DNA of 64,000 nucleotides, from NCBI RefSeq assembly GCF_004010195.1, contig NC_057728.1, positions 48,100,043 to 48,164,042 of the forward strand, read 5' to 3'. Below the pieces are notes generated by a model, which saw only the letters and a program-made list of their open reading frames with translations, was not told the DNA's origin and did no database searches. The DNA comes from Chiloscyllium plagiosum. Its lineage: Eukaryota. The number at the start of each line of letters is the position of its first letter. Within the stretch, counting starts at the first letter, position 1. The position numbers and the translations under genes were made by a program. Shown piece after piece: positions 39,175 to 52,107 of this stretch.

Positions 39175-39785
39175 GTCATAGAGTCACAGAGATGTGTAGC
39201 ATGGAAACAGACCCTTCGGTCCAACCCGTCCATGCCGACCAGATATCAAAAACCATATTTTGTCTCACCTGCCATATTCCTCCAAACCCTTCCTATTCAT
39301 ATATCCATCCAGATGCCTTTTAAATGTTGCAATTGTACCAGCCTCCACCACTTCCTCTGGCAGCCCATTCCACACACGCAGCAACTTCTTCGTCAAAAAA
39401 TTGCGCCTTAACTTTCTTTTATATATTTCCCCTCTCACCCTAAACCTATGGCTTCTAGTTCTGGACTCACCCACCCCAGAGAAAAGACCTTGTCTATTAT
39501 CCTATCCATGCCCCTCATGATTTTATAAACCTCTATAAGGTCACCCCTTAGCCTCCAACGCTCAAGGGAAAACAGCCCCAGCCAATTCAACCTCTCCCTA
39601 TGGCTCAAATCCTCCAACCCGAGCAACATCTTGTAAATCTTTTTGGAACCCTTTCAAGTTTCACAGTATCCTTCCAATAGGAAGGAGTCCAGAATTGCAC
39701 ACAATATTCCGAAAGTGGCCTAACCAATGTCCTGTACAGTCGCAACATGACCTCCCAACTCGTGTATTCAATACTCTGACCAATG
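39175..39785 (-). mobile_element. CR1 LINE 3' fragment
   Basis: ORFs 39265-39793 give RTLVRPLSEYCVQFW, RLRGDLIEVYKIM and FKRHLDGYM. Confidence 0.9.
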
Positions 39786-40105
39786 TCTCTCATGTTTCCT
39801 TGTCTAACTCCAACTTAAAAGGGATCCAAATGATTCACTTCAGTCAATCTCTGTAGTGGTGAATTCTTCATACGTGACTGGATTACTTAATGACCTCAGA
39901 GTAAAGGCACATCTACATAGAGTCATAGAGATGTACAGCATGGAAACAGTCCCTTCACCGCAGTGATCATAACATGATTGAGTTTTGCATCTAGTTTGAA
40001 AGGGAGAAACATGGTTCTAGTTCTTATTTAACTAAGAGTAAATAAGTGGGCACGAAAGCTGAACCAGCTAAAGTGAAGTGAGATACTAGGCTAGGAAATA
40101 GATCA

Positions 40106-40287
40106 GAGTCGAAAAGCACAGCGAGTCAGGCAGCATCCGAGGAGCAGGAGTGTTGACATTTCAAGAATCAGCTCTTCATTAGGAAATGTTAACTCTCCTG
40201 CTCCTCGGATGCTGCCTGACCGACTGTGCTTTTCCAGTGCCACACTTCTTGTCTCTGATCTCCAGTATCTGCAGTCCTCACTCTCTC
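40106..40287. mobile_element. Palindromic Penelope family A insertion
   Basis: Inverted arms; TSD CTAGGAAATAGATCA at 40091-40105 and 40288-40302. Confidence 0.85.
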
Positions 40288-40484
40288 CTAGGAAATAGAT
40301 CAAGAGAGAAGTAGTGACAGGCATTTAAAGGAATATTTCAAAGTAGTCACAAAAGCATATTTCTACAATCAAGAAAAATTCCAAATGTAGGAGCAATCAT
40401 TGCTGGTAACCTAATGAAATTAAGTAAAACATAAAACTTTGCATTTGGTATGAACTTGCTAACCTATTGACATAACTGTTAATC

Positions 40485-41075
40485 AGTCTAGGAGTTGGGA
40501 AGACATGCTGAGGTTGGATAGGACATTGGCGAGGCCTCTTCTGGAACATGTGTCCATTTCTGGTTGCCCAGTTATAGGGAGGATATTATTAAGCTGAAGA
40601 GTGTTCAGAAGAGATTCACCAGAATGTTGCTGGGTATGGAAGGTTTAATTTATAAAGAAAGGCTGGATAGGCTGGAACGTTATTCCCTGGAGCATAAGAG
40701 ATTAGGAGGTGACTTTATAAAAATTTATGAAATAATAAGGGGTATAGATAGAGCTAATGGTAGTTTTCTTTTGCCTTGGATGAAGGACTTCAAGACTAGG
40801 GGCATATTTTTTTGGTGAGATGAGAGAGATTTAAAAAAGACATGAGAGGCAATTTTATTACACGGAGGGTGGTTCATGTGTGGAATGAACTTTCAGAAGA
40901 AATGGTGAATGTGGGTACAATTTCAACATTTAAACACATTTGGATAAGTGCATGAATAGGAAAGGTTTGGAGAGATATGGGCCAGGAGCAGGCAGGTAGG
41001 ACTACTTTAGTTTGGGATTATGATCAAGATGGACTGGTTGAATCGAAGGGTCTTTTTCCAAGCTGTATGATTCTA
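40485..41075 (+). mobile_element. CR1 LINE 3' fragment
   Basis: ORF 40564-40818 gives SVQKRFTRMLLGMEGLIYKERLDRL. Confidence 0.85.
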
Positions 41076-41128
41076 TTTGTGCATTTGTGCCCTGAGATAT
41101 CTTTGTTCCTTGACCTACCTAAACTTGT

Positions 41129-41246
41129 CGAAGAGAAAATCACAGCTCGTTGGGCAGCATCCGAGGAGCAGGAGAGTCAACGTTTTGGGCATAAGCCCTT
41201 CATCCCTCTTAACTCTGATCTCTAGCTTCTGCAGTCCTCACTTTCT
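41129..41246. mobile_element. Short Penelope family A insertion
   Basis: Family A sequence in both orientations; duplicated target CCTA(C/T)CTAAACTTGT at 41114-41128 and 41247-41261. Confidence 0.75.
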
Positions 41247-41567
41247 CCTATCTAAACTTGTACCTTCCATTTAATAAGTGATCTCCTACTCTTCCTACCA
41301 AAGTGTATTGCCACATGTTTATCCATGTTGCACTATATACCCAATCTAGATGATGATTAATGATCTCTTGTCAGCAGTTACACTTCTCCTCAGATTTGAC
41401 TATCCCAGGGCTGTAACTAAGCTATATTTTTGATTTCAAGTCTGAATTATTAATGAAAAGTGTGAACATCGCTCTAAAATGCAGCAGATTGCTTTAAATT
41501 ATAGAGAACACAAGGGGCACAAAAACTTGTCCCCATTTTGAACTAATTTCTTTTCTCTCTCTCTTAG

Positions 41568-41650
41568 ACCCACATAGCAGAGTATGCCTCATACCAAAGA
41601 GTGAAGATGAACCTGTTAGCAATACCTACATTAATGCCAACTACATTAGG
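41568..41650 (+). CDS. PTPRR: PTPRR coding exon: (N)PHSRVCLIPKSEDEPVSNTYINANYIR
   Basis: Long polypyrimidine tract plus tAG at 41566-41567 and donor GTAAGT at 41651; 83 nt. It completes the split codon A|AC from the previous exon and contains PTP motifs 2 (SRVxL) and 3 (YINANY). Confidence 0.96.
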
Positions 41651-41979
41651 GTAAGTAAGTGCATTGGTTACATTCATAATCTGCATAGTTTGTATTAATG
41701 TTTCGATCCAGTCATGCAACAACATTCACCACAGATTTAAATGCAGTGCTTGTGTTTGTTATCTCAGTATGTGTTTGATGATTTCTCATTGGATTATACC
41801 TGTTGTCTATGCATTTTAACGTGTAACCACAATCTTTTAAATGGTAACAAATTTAATTTACTAAATTGAGAAATAGGGAATGAGAAAGTAAAAAAATGTA
41901 AACATTTTAAATATAGTTGTAAAGAAGAAACAGGAAATTTAAAAGAACTGATCTTGTTGTCAACAATTACAAATGTATG

Positions 41980-43420
41980 AACGTAAGAAAAAGCAGGAGA
42001 TGTAGCCCTTCATGCGTGGGTCACCATTCAACACGATCATAGCTGCTCTGCTTGTGTTTTGAATTCCACATTCCCACTTCCCCTGATAATCCTTGATTCC
42101 TTCGTCTAACAAGAATCTATCTGCCTCTGTCTTAAAAATATGCAATGACACTGCCTTCACCACCTTCTGAGGCAGTGAGTTCCAAGGTCATACAGTCATT
42201 TAAGAAGAAAATCTTCTCGTCTCTTTCCTGAAAGGGGTGGACAAAGTTAAAAATCACACAACACCAGGTTATAGTCCAACAGGTTTAATTGGAAGCACTA
42301 GCTTTCAGAGCGCTGCTCCTTCATCAGGTGGTTGTGAAGGAACAGCGCTTGGAAGTCAGTGCTTCCAATTAAACCTGTTGTTGTATAACCTGGTGATGTG
42401 TGATTTTTCACTTTGTCCACCCCTTTCAGGAAAGAGACATTCCAGTCCAACACCGGCATCTCCAAATCATTCCTGAAAGGGCACCCTCCAATTTTGAAAC
42501 AGATAAATATGCCATACTACTCTGAGACTCAGTCTTCTCCTTTCCAAGCTGGATGTAGAATTCAATTTGATTGTGATTTCTGTGACCTAGTGATGATTTA
42601 ATTGTAAGGATCTTAATTAATTTAGTCACATTACACCATACCAAGTTAAATCTAACCAAAAGTTAAATCTAACTAGCTCTCTGGTTGTTTCCAAATCATA
42701 GTGCTGCTCCAAACAAACTTTATTGAAAGCATTCTATGAACTCTTCATCCAAGCTATAACTGCAATCTGATTTTTCCCGCTGATTTGTAAATTAAAGTCA
42801 CCATGTCTCCTTTTATAATTTGTCCCACATTGTGGTTACTTAAGTGTTTGTAGAACACTCCCATTAGTCACTTCTTTCCCTTGCTATTTCTCATATCCAC
42901 CCAACCCGATTCTACATTCTGATCTCCCAAACCAATTTTAACTGTTTCACAAATGCCATCCTTGATTAACAGTACTACACCTCCACCTCCATAATTTTCT
43001 TGAATGTCATATACCTCTCAATATTCAGGGCCCAATCCTTGTCATCCTCAAGCCACGTCTCCATAAGGGCTCTCCGATCATATATATTTATTTCAATGTG
43101 TGCTGTTAATTTGTTTATGAATGCTACACATATCCTGATACAAAACATTTGGTTATGTCTTTTTGTTATTTTTGCATCTAACCTTGATTGTTGGCATGTT
43201 CCTTTTTTTTCCCCTCATCAATCCCTTCCTACCATTCTATGGCCTTCATTTCCTGTTTAATTATTTTTCATTCTTATCTTGTACCTACTCTTTGAAATGC
43301 CACATTTTTCCACACTTGATACTGACTGCCTGTCACAAGGTCCTTACCCACTGCTCTCAGTAACATTGACTGTCTATTTCAGTGGCCTCACCTTATCCAC
43401 TCTTCTCAGTGAAGCTGATG
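41980..43420 (-). mobile_element. Old, internally deleted CR1 LINE
   Basis: ORF 41960-42163 (FKTEADRFL) at the 3' end and APE-like fragments at 42500-43130. Confidence 0.65.
42237..42469. mobile_element. Palindromic Penelope family C insertion
   Basis: Arms 42237-42330 and 42337-42420 are inverted, with a minus-strand hammerhead core CTGATGA-A-GGAGCAGCGCTCT-GAAA-GCTA. TSD TTCCTGAAAGGG at 42225-42236 and 42470-42481. Confidence 0.85.
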
Positions 43421-43435
43421 GCTTGTCACATCTTG

Positions 43436-43616
43436 GAGAAAGTGAGGACTGCAGATGCTGGAGATTAGAGTCGAGAGTGTGGTGCTGAAAAGGCACAGCA
43501 GATCAGGCAGCATCCAAGGAGTAGGAAACCTGATGAAGGGCTCTTGCCCGAAACATTGATTCTCCTGCTCCTCGAATGCTGCCTGACCTGCTGTGCTTTT
43601 CCAATACCACACTCTC
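43436..43616. mobile_element. Palindromic Penelope family A insertion
   Basis: Inverted arms and a core CTGATGA at 43530; duplicated target GGC(T/A)TGTCACATCTTG at 43420-43435 and 43617-43632. Confidence 0.85.
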
Positions 43617-44630
43617 GGCATGTCACATCTTGTCCATTCCTCCTGTCAAAAAAGGTGATTTTTTTTTAGGAGATTCTAAATCTCCTTATATATTTTTCTT
43701 TTTTTCCTTACCCCCACACTACCATCTAATTGCGCTCATGCTTATATTTTCCCCAGCACGCATGTCGGGTACGTGCAGGTGTAGGAAAGATAATGATTAA
43801 TTGAATTAACAATCAATCAATTGATAGTTTTTTTTAATATTTGCCGTTTGTATAATAGACAAATTGTTAACAGATTTAGCTCAACCTAACAAATTCAGTC
43901 TGTTGACAAATAATAGGATTGGAGCTTAAATCCATAAACAAAGATTACCCAGTGTTTATAATTTTGTAGCAAGACTTTGCATTTACACCATCTTATGAGA
44001 GTTTAACAGCTTTCCTGTCAAAGCTATTGCTGATGATCAAGATCACACCAGTGTAAATTTGACCTTTTTTTGTTAATTGCCATTTTGTTTCAACTTTGTT
44101 TTGCAAAAATGCAACATTATTGTCAAATATCTTGGGAATAAATGTGTCCTGTGGTGGAGATTTTGGTTTGAAATCAAAGGAGAACTCTCTACAAATTGAA
44201 GATGCCCTCTTTAGTAGAGATTTTTGTGTTGATTAGGAGATTGAAAATGTGTAGAAATGTACTAATTTATGTTAGTATGTAATAGAGTTAGATTTCTAAA
44301 ATAATTTAGTAAAGATTGAATGATGTTTTATTTTATACATGTAATTGTCAACGCCAACTCTCTGGCATGTATGATGTAAGGTGATTCTACAAGCAATTGT
44401 TGCTAAGGTTAATGTGTGATTGCTTTGGGAAGTGCATGAACATTGCTGTGACTTATAGTTGTTATTGCTTTCATCGGAGTGTTATGATGATAAAAATATT
44501 TCTGACTGACTTGCTTTAAAAATGCTTCCTACCACTGCTCAATGTGCAAAACGGATTCACTCACCAGTGAATTATGCACTGCATTTTCTTTTGTATAACT
44601 AAGTTACACTGGCCTTTCCATGTCATTCAG

Positions 44631-44768
44631 GGTTATGGCGGTCAGCAGAGGGCATACATTGCTACTCAAGGCCCTATGATCAATACAGTGAATGACTTCT
44701 GGCGGATGGTTTGGCAAGAGGACTGTCCTGTGATTGTTATGATTACCAAGCTGAAAGAGAAAAATGAG
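44631..44768 (+). CDS. PTPRR: PTPRR coding exon: [46 protein letters not shown]
   Basis: Acceptor ttcAG at 44629-44630 and donor GTAAGA at 44769; 138 nt, phase 0-0; PTP motifs YIATQGP, DFWxMVW and IVMIT. Confidence 0.97.
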
Positions 44769-44989
44769 GTAAGACCCAAACAGAGTTATACACTTGCAAG
44801 CAGCATTTTGCAATTAAAATGGCATTGTAAGCAAAGGGAGCTCACTGAGAACTGCAGTAACTGTACAAGACAATTTTTAAAATATTTGTAATCAGTGCTG
44901 CAGTGAGACAGTACTGTAATTCAGAGGATCAAGATGCAAAATTAATTTTGGTAGAGATACAAAACAGCTAAGGTAAAAAGTCAATAATA

Positions 44990-45470
44990 TTAAACAAAGA
45001 ACAGCAGATATTGGAAATCTGAAGCAAAAGCAGAAATTGTTGGAGAAACTCAGCAAATCTGGCAGCATCTGTCGAGAGGAAGCAGAGTGAATTGAGTCCA
45101 ATGAGCTGATAACATCTCAAAAAAAGTGGTATTCGTGTTGATGACCTGCTGGAGGATTGGGGTTGTGGAGAGATAGGTGGCAATGGAACCAAGACAGGGA
45201 GAGAGGAAAAATGTTGGGCAGATAAAAGGATTGTTACAATAAGCCAGGGAAGAAGAAAAGCTAGATAGGTGATAACAGGGGGAAACGAATGGATGAAAAT
45301 GGGTTGGCTGTGCTGAAAGCAGTCCATGTCATGACAGGGTTTGTGGTGTTGGAGTGGGTAGAAGACTTGGAAAGAGAACTTCAGGCTCTAAAATTATGAA
45401 CTTCAATACTGAATCCTGAAGGCTGCTCGGTCTGTAAGTGAAATATGGGATGCTGTTCCTCCAGCTTGCA
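44990..45470 (-). mobile_element. Older Penelope-like 3' fragment (related short copies at about 18385, 33075 and 36120)
   Basis: The motif gctggagaaactcagca.gtctggcagcatct recurs at several loci and resembles the other Penelope terminal repeats. Confidence 0.5.
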
Positions 45471-45474
45471 CTAA

Positions 45475-46770
45475 GTAAGAAGTCACTTGTGAGAGTATTT
45501 ATAGATCCACTAACAATACCTTGGCATTGTAGGACAGAATATGTAGGAAGAAATAGCGGAGGCCTGTAAGAAAGATACTACAATAAACATTGGTGTTTTA
45601 AAAATTTCATATAGATTGAACGATTCAGATTGGCAAAAATAGTTAAGGTCACAGCAATATTTTGGGTCAATTTCTTATGGTTGATTGTCCTTATGCCAGC
45701 CAGGGATCTAGCGATTTTATACTTGGCAAAATGCAAAGAGTGCAAAGAATCACCTAATTAATGAAGGAATCTCTCAACAAAAGGGATCATGACAGAAAAA
45801 AAATCACATTCTCTTGCAGAGTGAGAAGTATGTGTCTAAAACTAAGGTCTCAAACTCGAATGAAGACATTTGCATGTGTATGAGGACAAATCTGATTAAA
45901 TTGAACTAATAAAGTAGGTTATACAGTAGGATAGTAGTTGAGCAATGCCAGCAATTTACAAAAGTATTTCATAAATTTGATCAATGTATATTCAATTGAG
46001 AAAAGCAGATCCTATGAGCAGAATCTGTGGCAAACCAAAGAGGGAAAGGATAATATCTTATTGAAAATAAGTAGTGTACAATACTGCAAAGATGATTGCA
46101 AGTTCAGATAATTGGAAACCAGCAAAGAATGGCTGAAAACATGTAAAGGAGGGAGAAACTGGAGTATGAAAGAAAACTAACTAATAAATAAAAATAAATA
46201 AACAGACAGTAAGGGTTTCCACGAGTATTTAAAAGTGAAAGTGTAACTGAAGTGAGTGTTGGTCCCTGGCAGAATGAAATTGAGGAATTAATAATGGAAA
46301 GAAGGGAATTGTGGAAGCATTGAGTGAGTGTTTTTTGTCTTTCTTCACTGTAGAAGACGTGATTACTTGAAGATTGCTTGATTACTTGAAAATCAATTAT
46401 TAAAACAGTTAGAGGTATCTAAAACAAGCATTAGGGAAAATGTGTTGGGAAAACTATCAGAATTAAAAGCTGACAATTTTCCTGGACCAAGTGGGTCTGC
46501 ATGCTATGGCTTTAACAGAAATGGCTGCAGAGGGTGTTTGGGTTGTCATCTACCAAAATTCACTAGATATTGGAAAATGTCCCAGCAGATTGGAAAATCA
46601 CAAATGTCACACCTCTAATCAATATTGAAAAGAACCAGAATGGAGGAAACTATGAGTCAGTTATCTTAATACCTGCCATCGGGTAAGTGCTAGAATTCCT
46701 TATTAATGAGGTAATAATAGGGCAGTCAGACCATCCTAATACAATCAGGTAGAGTCAACGTGGTTTTGTG
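45475..46770 (+). mobile_element. Old, decayed CR1 ORF2 fragment
   Basis: Degenerate YRS.N, LKADNFPGP and DWKITNVTPL motifs. Confidence 0.65.
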
Positions 46771-46925
46771 ACTAATTAAAATTATTTGTGCCAGGTGGAC
46801 AGGGGGAAGTAACAAGCACAGTGAGTAATGAGGAGAAAGGAGGAAAGTGAGAAACAGAGATATAGATTTCACAGAGTAGGGTTTTAAAGCTGAAGATGCA
46901 GACATATGGATGGAGTGGATAAAAT

Positions 46926-47050
46926 TCCTGATGAAGGGCTTTTGCCTGAAACATCGATTTTCCTGCTTCTTGGATGCTGCCTGACTTGCTGTGCTTTTCC
47001 AGTACCACACTCTCGACTCTAATCTCCAGCATCTGCAGTCTTCACTTTTG
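46926..47050 (+). mobile_element. Penelope family A terminal-repeat fragment with a hammerhead core
   Basis: CTGATGA-A-GGGCTTTTGCCT-GAAA-CATC starting at 46928. Confidence 0.8.
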
Positions 47051-47192
47051 CTGGATTAAAATTAGGGATAATCAACAAGACAGAATTGGAGGTGTGCAGA
47101 TATCTCAGGGTTGAGGGATTGGATAATATTACAGAGTCTTGGAGAGGTTTGAAAATAGGGATGAGAATTTTGGCAACATGATATTGTTTAAT

Positions 47193-47778
47193 GTCACAGG
47201 AAAGCCACACACACACAGACCAAGTCCTGAACTATGAAAGCAACCACCCCAATACACACAAACGAAGTTGCATCAAGACACTGTTCAAAAGGGCCACAAC
47301 ACACTGCAGCACACCAGAACTGCAAAAAGAGGAAGAGGAACACCTATACAAGGTATTCGCAAAAAACGGATATCCTCGCAATTTCATCAACAGATGCCTA
47401 AGAGAAAGACACACGCAGACGACAAGCAACATGAATTTGACTGGGACAACACTACCATTATAGGGCAAGCGAAACAAAGAACAGCCAGGGAATTCCTAGA
47501 AGCTTGGCACTCATCCATAAACTCCATCAACAAACACATAGACCTGGACCCAATATACCGGCCACTACAGCGGACAGCTGAAACTGACAACCGGAAGCGG
47601 CAAGGACAGGCCACTATAAATGCCGGAGGAAGCACCACAGAAGCGCTTCACAGGAGGCTCCCAAGCACTGAGGATGTCACCTAGACAGGGGACGAAACGT
47701 TTGCAACAAAAACTTCCAGCTCGGCGAACAGAACCACAGCAACGAGCACCCGAGCTACAAATCTTCTCACAAACTTTG
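47193..47778 (+). mobile_element. Penelope family B 3' fragment with an internal deletion and a 10-bp TSD
   Basis: ORF 47191-47463 (HTDQVLNYESNHP..HKRSCIKTLFKRA...NGYP) and ORF 47268-47684; TSD ATTGTTTAAT at 47183-47192 and 47779-47788. Confidence 0.92.
47665..47704 (+). ncRNA. Minimal type-I hammerhead ribozyme motif (Penelope family B), sense to the PTPRR pre-mRNA
   Basis: GCA-CTGAGGA-T-GTCACCT-AGAC-AGGGGAC-GAAA-CGTT-TGC; the predicted cleavage site is after 47701. Confidence 0.75.
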
Positions 47779-48655
47779 ATTGTTTAATATATAAATATGA
47801 TCAAATGAGCCAGATTTCAGTCTGGAATCTGACTTAACCAATAAAAATAAAACTTGAAAACATAACATATTTTAAATAGTCATGGTATATGTTCTCAATA
47901 TAAAGAAAAATTCTAAAGGAACAACTCATCTTCTATGCTTGAATACAGAAGTTAGGTAAGCCATCAAACTTAAGGAAAAATTCTCTAACTGCAAAGATGA
48001 GTGGCAGGTCAAATGATTGATCAATATTTAAAGAATGGTAGAGAATGATGAAAAGGTTAATCAGAAGGAATAAGTTACAGTAAATAAAGAAGCTAGCCAG
48101 GAATGTAAACACAGAGACCAAGAATTTCTACAAATACTTAGAAAGGAATAAAACAAGTAAAGTGGATATTGGCCCTCCAGAGATTGAGAAACAGAGTTGC
48201 TAGTAAATAAAAAGGAAATAGCAGACAAAATTAGTAAACATTTTGTATTAACTATAGTGGATATAAGAAACATAATAGGTATCAATGGATGGAATGGAAT
48301 GAGGAACTTGGGAAAATTGCAATGGCGAGGGAAAAAATGTGAAACTAACTGATGGAGCTACGAGCTGACAAGTCTCCAGGTCCAGATGGGCTTCTTCCAG
48401 AAGTCTTAAAACAGGGTTTTATAAGGTACTGGATCTGTTATTGTTAATTTATTAAAATTCCCTAGGTACAGGAAAGGTTCCATCTGATTGGGAATTATCA
48501 AGTATAACTTCTATTCAAGGAAGTAGGGAAGCAGAACATAGGAAACTACAGGCCAGACATCTTTGACATCTTTTATGGGTTAGAGTTGATCATTAAAAAG
48601 ATTTTGGCTGCATGTTTGGAAAACCAGAAGGTAATTAGGAGAGTCAGCATGGTTT

Positions 48656-50870
48656 TAGAACATAGAACATAGAACGTTACAGTGCACTACAGGCCCTTCG
48701 ATGTTGCACTGACCTGTGAAATTAATCTGATGCCCATCTAACCTACACAGTTCCATTATTATCCAAATGTATGTCCAATGCCCTTTTAAATGCCCTTAAT
48801 GTCGGTGAGTCTACTACTGTTGCAGGCACACCATTCCACGCCCCTACTACTCTCTGAGTAAAGAAACTACCCCTGATATCTGTCCTAAATCCATCACCCC
48901 TCAATTTAAAGCTATGTCTCCTTGTGTTAGCTTTCACCATCCAAGGTAAAAGGGTCTCACTGTCCACCCTATCTAACTCTCTAATTATCTTATATGTCTT
49001 GATTAAGTCACCTCTCAACCTTCTCTCCAACGAAAACTGCCTCAGTTCCCTCAGCCTTTCCTCATAAGACATTCATTCCATACCAGGCAACATCCTAGTA
49101 AATCTCCTCAGAACCCTTTTCAAAGCTTCCACATCCTTCCATAATGAGGTGACCAGAACTGCACACAATACTCCAGGTACGGCCTTAACAGTGTCTTGTA
49201 CAGCTGAAGTATGATCTTGTGGCTCTGAAACTCAATCCTCCTATCAATAAATGCCTTCTTACCAACCCTATCAACCTGGGTGGCACCTTTCAGGGATTTA
49301 TGCACCTGGACACCGAGATCTCTCTGTACATCTACAGTGCCAAGAATTTTACCATTAGCCCAGTACTCTGCATTCCTGTTACTTCTTCCGAAGTGAACTA
49401 CCTAACATTTTTCCACATTAAACTCCATTTGCCACTTCTCAGCCCAACTCTGCATATTATCCATGTCCCTCTGTAACCCACAACATCCTTCAGCAGCATC
49501 CACAACTCTGCCTACCTTTGTGTCATCTGCAAATTGACTAACCCATCCTTCTACACCCACAGCCAAATAATTTATAAAAATGACAAATAGCAGTGGCCCC
49601 AACACAGATCCTTGTGGCACAACACTGGTAACTGTGCTCCAGAATGAACATTTCCCATCAACCACCACCCTCTTTCTTCTTTCTGCTAGCCAATCTCTGA
49701 TCCAAACCACTAAATCACCTTCAATCCCGAAATTGTGTATTTTGTGTAATCGCCTTCCGTGTGGAACCTTATCAAATGCCTTACTGAAGTCCTTATACAC
49801 CATATCAACCACTTTATCTTCATCCACCTGTTTTGTCTCCTTCTCGAAGAACTCAATAAGGTTAGTGAGACATGGCCTACTCTTCACAAAACCATGTTGA
49901 CCACCCCTAATCAAATTATTCTTTTCCCAATGATTATAACTCCTATCTCTTACAACATTTTTCACATCTTACCCACAACCGAAGTAAGGTTCACTGGTCT
50001 ATAATACCAGGGTTGTCCTGACTCCCCGCCTTAAACAAGGGAACAACATTTGCTATCCTCCAGTCTTCTGGCACTACTCCTGTTGACAATGATGACATGA
50101 ATATCAAAGCCAAATGCTCTACAATCTCCTCCCTGGCTTCCCAGAGAATCCGAGGATAAATCCCATCCGGCCAAGGGATCTTATGTATTTTCAGATCTCC
50201 CAAAATTGCTAAAACCACCTGTTTGTCAACTTCAATCCCATTTAATCTTGTAGCCTGTATGTCTGTATTTTCACTAACATTGCCCTTTTCCAATGTGAAT
50301 ACTGTTGAAAAATATTCATTAAGTGCTTCCCCATGCCCTCAGATTCTACACACAACTTCCCACTCCTATCTTTGATTGACCCTCATCTTACTCTTGTCAT
50401 TCTTGTATTCCTGATATCCTGTTGAAAGCTTTAGGGTTTTCTTTGATCATATCCGCCAACAACTTCTCATATCCCCTCCTGGCTCTTCTTAGCCCTCTCT
50501 TTAGATCTTTTCTGGCTAACTTATAACTCTGAACCCCCCTAACTGAGCCTTCATGCCTCATCCTCACATCAGCCTTCTTCTTCCTCTTGACAAGAGCTTC
50601 AACTTCTTTAGTAAACCATGGCTCCCTCTCTTGACAACTACCTCCCTGCCTGATAGATTATATACTAATTAAGAACCCGCAGTAGTTGTTCCTTGAATAA
50701 GCTCCACACTTCAAGAGTGTCCATCCCCTGTAGTTTCCTTCCCCATCCTATGCATCCTAAATCTTGCCTAATCACATCATAATTGCCTTTTCCCCAGTAA
50801 AACTCTTTCCCTGCAGCATAAACCTATCCCTGCCCATTGCTATTGTAAACATAACCGAATTATTGTAAAT
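48656..50870 (-). mobile_element. CR1 LINE ORF2 (RT and 3' UTR), nested and antisense
   Basis: ORF 49402-49965 gives QHGF, DFSKAFDKVPH, PQGSVLGP and FADDTK; tail (agaacat)n at 48656. Confidence 0.93.
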
Positions 50871-50964
50871 AATTTACCTTTTGTCAAAGGTAAATCATGC
50901 TTTACCAATTTTTTGGAGTTCTTTGAAAGATTGACACATATTGTTGATAAAGGGGTACCTGTGG

Positions 50965-51257
50965 ATTAGATTAGATTCCCTACAGTGTGGAAACAGGCCC
51001 TTCAGCCCAACAAGTCCACACTGACCGTCCGAAGAGCAACCCACCCAGACCCATTCCCCTACACCTAACACTATGGACAATTTAGCATGGCCAATTCACC
51101 TAACCTGCACCTCTTTAGACTGTGCAAGGAAACCGGAGTGCCCAGAGGAAACCGGGCAAATGTATAAACTACACACAGACAGTTGCCTGAGGTGGGAATT
51201 GAACCCTCATCCCTGGTGCTATGAGGCAGCAGTGCTAACCATTGAGCCACCGTGCCG
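50965..51257 (-). mobile_element. HE1-type SINE
   Basis: Same family as 3386-3690. Confidence 0.88.
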
Positions 51258-51887
51258 TACCAGATGTACCTGGATTTCCATAAGGCATTTGAAAAGTTGC
51301 CATGTCAAAGGTTTTTTGGTGGAAAATCAGAGCTCATTGTACAGGGGCTAACACTTTAGCTTGGATGGCTGGCAAAAAACAGAAACTATATATAAATGGA
51401 TGGGTGTGTGATTGAAAGATTGTGTCAAGTAGAGTCCTGTGGGGATCTGTGCTGGGCCCTTAACTTTCTAAAATTTATATCAATTACTAGTTGAGAGGAG
51501 CTAAGTCACGATAACTAAATTCACAGGAGACAACCAAGATAGACAGGAACGTTGCTTTGTAGAATGCTGTCTGCTGAGAAAAAAAATCATAAGGAAATTG
51601 CAGATGGATGTAGATAGATTGAGAGAGTGGGCAAAAGTTCTGGCAGATGGATAATGTAGAAAAATGTGCAGTTATTCACTTTGACAAGAAGAACAAAACA
51701 AAAAGAGTATTACTGAAGTGAAGAATGACAGCAGAATTCCGAATAGGAGAGGTTTCTGGTGTTTGAATCACAAAGTTAGGATACAAGTATAGCACATAAT
51801 TGGCTAATGGGATGCAACCCTTTATTAAGAAGAGAATTAAACATAAAAATAAAGATGATACATTTTAATTATACAGATCATTGGTGA

Positions 51888-52107
51888 CAAAAAAATGTGA
51901 TGCCGGAAAAGCACAGCCAGTCAGGCAGCATCGAAGGAGCAAAAGAGTCGACGTTTCAAGGGTAAGCCCTTTGTCAAGATTCCTGATGAAGGACTTACGC
52001 CTGAAACGTCAACTCTCCTGCTCCTCGAATGCTGCCTGACCGCTGTGCTTTTCCAGCACCACACTCTTTGACTCTGATCTCTAGCATTTGCGGTCCTCAC
52101 TTTCTCC
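51888..52107. mobile_element. Palindromic Penelope family A insertion
   Basis: Inverted arms and a core CTGATGA at 51983; TSD CAGATCATTGGTGA at 51874-51887 and 52108-52121. Confidence 0.87.
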
